Assembly (NCBI RefSeq): GCF_009914755.1
Contig: NC_060936.1
Direction: 5' to 3' (one strand)
Length of the DNA stretch: 64,000 bases
From: the human T2T-CHM13v2.0 reference genome, Homo sapiens
In this document: positions 55,673 to 64,000 of the stretch, piece after piece
Layout: each line of letters begins with the position of its first letter
How positions within the stretch are numbered: the first letter of the stretch is position 1
Position numbers and translations under genes: made by a program
The notes under the pieces: generated by a model
The model's database searches: none
Told to the model about the DNA's origin: nothing
The model's input: only the letters and a program-made list of their open reading frames with translations

Positions 55673-56642
55673 TGATGTTGTGCTTTTTTTTCATGTGTTT
55701 TTTTGGCTACATAAATGTTTTCTTTTGAGAAGTGTCTGTTTATGTCTTTTGCCCACTTTTTAATGGGTTTTTCTTTCTTGTAAAGTTGTTTCAGTTACTT
55801 GTAGATTCTGGATATTAGACCTTTATCAGAAGGGTAGATTGCAAAAATTTTCTCCCAATTTTTAGGCTGCCTGTTCACTTCAAAGATAGTTTCTTTTGCT
55901 GTGCAGAAGCTCTTTAGCTTAATTAGATCTTAATTGTTAATTTTTACTTTTGTTGCAATTGCTTTTGACATTTCCTCATGAAATCTTTGCCTGTGCCTAT
56001 GGTTTGAATAGTGGTGCCTAAATTTTCTTCTAGAGTTTTTATGGTTTTGAATTTTACATTTAAGCTTTTACTATATCTAAATTTTTTTATAAGGTGTGAG
56101 GAAGGGGTCCAGTTTCAATTCTCTGCATATGGTTAGCCAGTTCTCCAAGAACCAGTTGTTAAATAGGGAATCCTTTACCCATTGCTTGTTTTTGTCAGAT
56201 TTGTCAAAGATCAGATGGTTGTAGGTGTGTGGTCTTATTTCTGAGTTCTCTATTCCATTCCAGTGGGCTATGTGCTGGTATTTGTATCAGTACCATGCTG
56301 TTTTGGTTACTGTAGCCTTGTAGCATAATTTAAAGTCAGGTAACATGATGCCTCCAGCTTTGTTCTTTTGGCTTAGGATTGTCTTGGCTATTTGGGCTCT
56401 TTTTTGGTTCCTTATTAATTTTAAAATAGTTTTTTCTAATTCAGTGAAGAATGTCAATTGTACTTTAATGGGAATAGTATTAAATCTATAAATTACTTTG
56501 GGAAGTATGGTCATTTCACAATATTGATTCTTCCTATCTATGAGCATGAAATGTTTTTCCATTTGTTTTTGTCCTCTCTGATTTCCTTGAGCAGTGGTTT
56601 ATAGTTCTCCTAGAAGAGGTCCTTCACATTCCTTGTTAGCTA

Positions 56643-56768
<126 letters not shown>

Positions 56769-58642
56769 TCAGGCATTGCTGAAGTGGTTTACCAGCATAA
56801 GAAGCTTTTGGGATGAGACAATGGGGTTTTCTAGATATAGGATCATGTCATCTGCAAATAGAGACAGTTTGACTTCCTCTTCTCCTAATTGAATACCCTT
56901 TATTTCTATCTCTTATCTGATTGCCCTGCCAGAACTGCCAATACTATGTTGAATAGGAGTGGTGAGAGAGGGAGAGGGCATTCTTGTCTTGTGCCAGTTT
57001 TCAAGGGGAATGCGTCCAGCCTTTGCGCATTCAGTATGATATTGGCTGTAGGTTTGTCATAAATGGCTCTTATTATTTTTAGATATGTTTCATTAATACC
57101 TAGTTTATTGAGAGTTTTTAACATGAATGGATATTGAATTTTATCAGAGGCTTTGCCTGTGTCTGTTGAGATAATCATGTGGTTTTTGTCTTTAGTTCTG
57201 TTTATGTGATTAATTACATTTATTGATTTGCATATGTTGAATGAACCTTGCATCCTGGTGATGAAGCCAGGTTGGTCTTGGTGAATAACCTTTTTGATTT
57301 GCTGCTGGACTCAGTTTGCCAGTATTTTATTGAGGATTTTTGCAACAATGTTCATCTGGGATATTGGCCTGGTTTTCTTTTTTTGTTGTATCTCTGCCAG
57401 GTTTTGGTATCAGGATGATGCTGGCCTCATAAAATGAGTTAGGGAAGAATCTCTCATTTTCAATTGTTTGTAATCATTTCAGAAGAAATGGTACTAGCTC
57501 CTCTTTGTACACCTGGTAGAATTCAGCTGCAAATCTGTCTGGTCCTGAGCTTTTTTCTGTTAGTAAGCTATTTATTACTGCCTAAATTTCAGAACTTTTT
57601 ATTATTCTATTCAGGGATTCAACTTCTTCCTGGTTCAGTCTTGGCAGGGTGTATGTATCCAGGAATTTATCCATTTCCACTAGATTTTCTAGTTGTTGTG
57701 CATAGAGGTGTCTATAGTATTCTCTGATGGTTGTTAGTATTTCTGTGAGGTCACTGGTGACATCCCCTTTATCATTTTTATTGTGTTTATTTGATTTTTC
57801 TTTTTTCTCATTTATTAGTTTAGCTAATGGTCTATTTTATTAATTTAAAAAAAACAGCTCCTTGATTTGTTGACTTTTTGAAGGGCTTTTCATGTCTCTG
57901 TCTCCTTCAGTTCTTCTCTGATCTTGGTTATTTCTTGTCTTCTGCTAGTTTTAGTGTTTGTTTGCTCTTGGTTTTCTAGTTCTTTTAGTTATGATGTTAG
58001 GATTTCAATTTAAGATCTTTCTAGCGTGTTGATGTGGGCATTTAGTGCTATAAATTTTCCTCTTAACATAGCTGCATCTCAGTTTCTGGTACACTGACTC
58101 TTTGTTCTCACTGGTTTCAAAGAACTTCTTGATTTTTGTCTTAATTTCATTGTTTACCCTGGAGTCATTCAGAAGCAGTTTGTTCAGTTTACATGTGGTC
58201 ATGTAGTTTTGAGTGAATTTCTTAATCTTGAGTTTTAATTTGATTGTACTGTGGTCTGAGAGACTGTTATGATTTTAGTACTTTTGCATTTGATGAGGAC
58301 TGTTTCATTTTCAATTATGTGATCAATTTTAGAATAAGTGCCATGTGGCAACAAGAAAATGTATATTCTGTTGTTTTTGGATGGAGACTTCTAAAGATCT
58401 CTATCAGGTCCACTTGATCAGGTCCACTGATCCAGAGCTGAGTTCAAGACCTGAATATCTTTGTTAATTTTCTGTATCAATGATCTCTCTAATATTAAGA
58501 GTGGGGTGTTAAAGTCTCCCACTATTATTGTGCAGGAGTATAAGTCTCTTTGTGGGCCTCTAAGAACTTGTTTTATGAATCTGGGTACTCCTGTATTGGG
58601 TCCATATACATTTAGTATAGTTAGCTCTTCTTGTTAAATTGA

Positions 58643-58986
<344 letters not shown>

Positions 58987-61337
58987 TGTCTTTTTTTTAT
59001 CTTTGTTAATTTAAAGTCTATTTTTTTTTAGAAATGAGGATTGCAACTCCTGTATTTTTCTGCTTTCCATCTGCTTGGTAGATTTTCCTCTATCTCCTTA
59101 TTTTGAGCCTATGTATTTCTTTGCATGTGGGATGGGTCTCTTGAGTACAGCACACAGATGAGTCTTGACTCTTTACCCAGCTTGCCATTCTGTGTCTTTT
59201 AATTGGGGCATTTAGCCCATTTACATTTTTGGTTAATGCTGTTATGTGTGAATTTGATGCTGTCATCATGATGTTAACTGGTTATTTTGCAGACTTGTTG
59301 ATGTAGTTGGTTCATAATATCATTGGTCGGTGTACTTCAGTGTGTTTTTGTAGTGGCTGATAATGATTTTTCTTTTCCATATTTTGTACTTCCTTCATGA
59401 ACTCTTGCAAGGCAGGCCTGGTGGTGACAAATTCCTTCAGCATTTGCTTATATGAAACGGATTTTACTTCTCCTTCACTTATGAACATAGTTTGGCCAGA
59501 TATAAAATTCTGGGTTGGAAATTATTTTCCTCAAGGATGTTGAATATGGACCCCCAATGTCTTCTGGCTTGTAGGATTTCTGCTGAGAGGTCTGCTGTTA
59601 TTCTGATAGGCTTCCCTTTGCAGATGGCCTGGCCTTTCTCTCTGGCTGCCCTGAACATTTATTCCTTCATTTTGATCTCAGAGAATCTGACGATTATATG
59701 TCTTAGGGTTGATCTTCTCATGGAGTAACTTACTGGGGTTCTCTAGACTTCCTGAATTTGAAACTTGGACCTACTTGCTAGGTTGGAGAAGTTCTCCTGG
59801 ATGATACCTTGAAGTGTGTTTTCCAATTGGGTTTAATTCTCCCTATCTCTTTCAGGTACCCCAATCAGTCATAGGTTCAGTCTTTTTACATAATCCCATA
59901 AACTTGTCTGCCTGTCTTATTTCAGCAAGATAGTCTTCAAACTCTGAAATTCTTTCCTCTGCTTGGTTTGGCTATTGAGACTTGTGGTTGCATTGTGAAG
60001 TTCTCATGTTGTGTTTTTCAGCTACATAAGGTCATATGTGTCCCTCTCTAAGCTTGTTATTCTGGTTAACAGCTCCTGTAATGTTTTATCATGGTTCTTA
60101 GCTTATTTGCATTGAGTTAGAGTATGCTTCTTTAGCTCAGTGAAGTTTGTTACTACCCACCTTCTGAAGCCTTCTTCTGACAGTTTATACATCTCAGCCC
60201 CAGTCTTGCACCCTTGCTAGTGAGGTATTGTGATCATTTAGAGGAGAAGAGGCACTCCGGCTTTTTGAGTTTTCAGCATTTTTTCATTGATTATTTCTCC
60301 TCCTCCTCAGTTTATCTAGCTTTGACCTTTGACTCTGCTGGCCTCGGGTGGGGTTTTGTGGGAACTTTTTCTTGATGCTGTTGTTGTTGTTGTTGCTTAC
60401 TGTTTTTGTTTTTTCCTTTAATGATCAAACCCCTCTTCCATAGGGCCATTGTGGTTTGTTCGGGGTTCACCCCAGACCCTATTTGCCTGGGTCTCTCCCA
60501 CCCCTGTAGATGTCACCAGGAGAGGCTCCAGAATAGCAAAGATGGCTGCCTGCTCCTTCCTCTGAGAGCTCTGTCCCAGAGGGGCACCAACTTGTTGCCA
60601 GTGGGAACATTCCTGTATAAGGAATGTTGTGGGGGGATCTCACCCAGTTAGGAGGCACAGGATCAGGGACCCACTTAACAAAGCACTCTGGCTGCCCCTT
60701 GGCAGACGGGGTGCACTGCACTGGGGTAAATCCAAATCCCACTTGTCCGGACTGCCAGGATTCCTCAGAGCCAGGAGGGAAAAAGACTAAGTCTGCTGAT
60801 CCACAGAGATTGGCCAGCCAGCCCCCACTCCCAGGGGCTCTGTGTCAGGGAAATCAGAGTTCTGTCCATAAACCCCTGGCTGGAGTTGCTGAAATTCCAG
60901 CAGGGTGGACCCAACTGATGAAGAGAGATGGGTCTTGTTCCAGCCTAAAGAAGCAGTCTGGCCACAGTCTGCCACAGACACTATGCTGCACTTTGGAGAA
61001 TTACTCCTGGGTCCAAACCTCCCAGACCCCCAAGTACCAGCAGGGAAAAATGGCAGACTGGAGCTGCAGTGATGGCTGCTGCCTCAGACCCTGTGAGCTC
61101 CATCGTCTTAGGCAGCAGGCACCCACAGTGATGGTGGCCACCCTTCCCCCTGGGAACTCTGGAGTCTTAGGCAGTCTCCAGCTGGGCAGCCACAGAGAAT
61201 CTGCACAGCTTTGTGCTTGGGACCCAAGGCCCTTGTGGTGTGGGCTCACCAGGGGATCTCCTCATCTGTGAGTTACACAGACCTGTGGAAAAAGCGTGGT
61301 TTTCCAGGTGGGGTAGCACAATCACTCACTGCACATC

Positions 61338-61420
61338 TTTACCTATGTAACAAACCTACACATCCTGCACATATACCCTGAAACTTAAAATAAAATAAAT
61401 AAAACAAAATAAAATAAAAA
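61338..61420 (+). mobile_element. Short L1PA 3' terminal fragment with A-rich tail
   Basis: TTACCTATGTAACAAACCTACACATCCTGCACAT...AACTTAAAATAAAA. Confidence 0.85.
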
Positions 61421-62963
61421 TACTCCAGAGCATTCTGGGTTTTTTTTTTTAAACAACATCTACCCTCTGGAAAAACTATTTAACCAACACATAACTTCTG
61501 GGAGATTTTATCAGAGACTAACTGATCTGGGGGAAGGGAGATACCCAGCTCCAGCTGGCTCTAGCCCGCCCCATGGGACTGAGGGCTGGGACACATCAAC
61601 ACCCTGAAAACAAAATCACATGATCATATCAATATATGTACAAAGAGTATTTGACAATATCCAATACCTGTTTGTGATAAATACTCTCAACAAGCTACTA
61701 ATGAGGGAAACTTCCTCAACTTGATAAAGAACACCTATGAAAACCTACAGCTAACATCCTCTTGATGAGAAACTAGAAGCTTTTCTGCCAACATCAGGAA
61801 AAAGACAAGGATGTTCCTTCTCACCACTGCTTTTCAACATCATACTGGAAGTCCTAACTTATGCAATAAGACAAAGAAAGGAAATAAAATATATTCAGAT
61901 TGAGAAGAAAGTAATTAAATTGTTTTTGTGCATAGATGACATAACTGTCTATGTAGAAAATTTGAATAAGTCAGTAAAAAAAACTCCTGGGACTCATAAC
62001 CTATTATAGTAACGTTGCAGGATACAAGGTTAACATGCAAAAGTCAATCACTCTTCTGCATACCAACCATGAAATGGAATTTGAGATTAAAACCCCATAC
62101 CATTTACTTTAGCACCCCCAAAAATAAAATACTTAGGTATAAACCTAACAAAATAAGTACAAGATTTACAAACTTGGAATGAAGAAAACTGCAAAACTCT
62201 GATGAAATTAAATAGCTAAAGAAATTGAAAGATATTCCATGTCCATGCATAAGATGACCCAATATTGTCAAGATGTCAGTTCTTCTTAAGTTGATCTATA
62301 GATTCACAGCAATCTCAACTAAAATCTCAGCAAGTAATTTTGTGGATATTGACAAACTGATTCTAAAGTTTATATGAAGAGGGAAAACTTCCAAAATACC
62401 CAACCTAGTTTTGAAGAAGAAGAACAAAGATGGAGGACTGATACTATTCAACTTCAAAACTTACTATAAAGCTACAGAAATCAAGGTGGTATGGTATTGA
62501 TAAAAGAACAAACAAACAGATAAATGGAGCTGAAAAGAGTCCAGAAACAGGCCTAAGTAAATATAGTCAACTGATCTTTGACAAAAAGACAAAGGCATTA
62601 CAATAAACAAAAGATAGTCCTTTCAAAAAATAGTACTACAACTGGACAACTACATGTAAAAATCATTCTAGACACAGACATTACACCATTCACAAAAATT
62701 ACCTCAAAATGAAACAGACTTAAATGTAAAATGCAAAACTATAACAATCCTAGAAGATAACATAGGAGAAAATCTAGTTAACCCTGCATTTGATGATGAT
62801 ATTTTAGATATAATGCCAAAGGCATGATCCATGAAATAAAACATTTGATAAGCTGTACTTCATTATAATTAAACATTTCTGCTCTGTGAAAGACACTGTC
62901 AAGAGAATGAAAAGACAAGCCACAGAACTGAAAGAAAATATTTTGCGAAAGATACATCTGACA

Positions 62964-63068
62964 GGCCAGGCGTGATGGATCACTCTTGTAATCCCAGTAC
63001 TTTGGGAGGCCTAGGAGTTCAAGACCAGCCTGGGTAACATAGCAAGACTTCATCTCTATAAAATACAT
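62964..63068 (+). mobile_element. FLAM / Alu monomer with internal deletion
   Basis: GGCCAGGCG...TTTGGGAGGCCTAGGAGTTCAAGACC; TSD ATA(C/T)ATCTGACA. Confidence 0.85.
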
Positions 63069-63165
63069 ATATATCTGACAGAGGACTCTTATCCAAAATA
63101 TACCAAAATCATTCAAATCTCAACAATAAGAAAACAAGCAACACCATTTAAAAGTAGGCCAAAGA

Positions 63166-63459
63166 GGATCCAGGTGTGGTGGCTCATGCCTATAATGCTA
63201 GCACTATGGGAGGCCAAGGTGGAAGGATCTCATGAGCCCAAGAATTCGAGTTCAGCCCGGGCAACATGGCAAAACCCAATCTCTATAAAAAACACACACA
63301 AAATTAGCCAGACATGGTGGCTCATGCCTGGGGTCCCAACTACCCAGGAGGCTGAGGTAGGAGAATCACTTGAGCCCAGGGAGCAGGGGTTGCAGTGAGC
63401 CATTGGGCCACTGAACTCCAGCCTAGGAGATGGAGTGAGACCATGTCTCAAAAAAAAAA
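63166..63459 (+). mobile_element. AluJ
   Basis: Diverged dimer; TSD AAAAGTAGGCCAAAGA / AAAAATGGGTCAAAGA. Confidence 0.93.
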
Positions 63460-64000
63460 TGGGTCAAAGACTTTAACAGACATCTCATCAAACAAGATAT
63501 ACAGATAGCAAATAGGCGTATGAAGACATGCTCTACATCATATGTCATCAGCGAAATGGAAATCAAAACAATGAAGTAACACTACATGCCTATTAGAATG
63601 GCAAAAATCTAGAATACTGATACCACAAAATGCTGGTGAGGATGTGGACCAACAGGAACTCTCATTCATTGTTGGTGGGAATACAAAATGGAACAGCCAT
63701 TTTGGAAGACAATTTGGTGATTTCTTACAAAAGTAAACATTCTCTTACTATGTAAATCATCAGTAGTACTCTTTGATATTTACCCAAAGGAGTTAAAAAC
63801 TTATGTCCACACAAAAATCTGAGCAATTATGTTTATAGCAGATTTATTCACAATTGCCAAAGCTTGGAAGCCACTTAGATGGCCTTCAGTGGCTGAATGG
63901 ATAAGTAAACCGTGGTGCATCCAGACAATGGAATATTATTCAGCACTAAAAAGAGCTGTCAACCCAGGAAAAGACATGGAGGAAGCTAAGTCCATATTAC

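Larger units (their letters stand above)
61421..64000 (+). mobile_element. Old L1M (L1MB/MC-like) ORF2 and 3' region
   Basis: CTTTTCAACATCATACTGGAAGTCCTA, GATATTCCATGTCCATG, TGCTGGTGAGGATGTGGA. Confidence 0.88.

Noticed and set aside
60624-61271. Longest ORF (215 aa)
   Set aside because: Antisense frame in an old L1 5'UTR with a non-ATG start and no recognisable domain.

Overview
This is primate (most likely human) non-coding genomic DNA dominated by interspersed repeats: Alu, L1 of several ages, MIR/L2, MaLR/ERVL/ERV1 LTR elements and hAT DNA transposons. There is no recognisable intact protein-coding gene, RNA gene, CRISPR array or prokaryote-type system, and nearly all listed ORFs are repeat-derived or chance. 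Subfamily names come from remembered consensus sequences and need RepeatMasker/Dfam confirmation. Four structures stand out. (1) An LTR8/HUERS-P1-type ERV at 49226-55672 is built like a transcript (R-U5-PBS-internal-PPT-U3-R, tail remnant, ~14-bp TSD), consistent with an L1-retrotransposed processed ERV nested in an old L1. (2) Two ERVL halves (2723-8375 minus; 38750-40951 plus) join in gag and carry same-subfamily LTRs, suggesting one provirus split by an ancient ~32 kb inversion. (3) A twin-primed inverted L1PA2-like insertion sits in a Charlie1 transposon. (4) Several splice-bounded candidate exons may belong to a lncRNA or a decayed gene; these are speculative.
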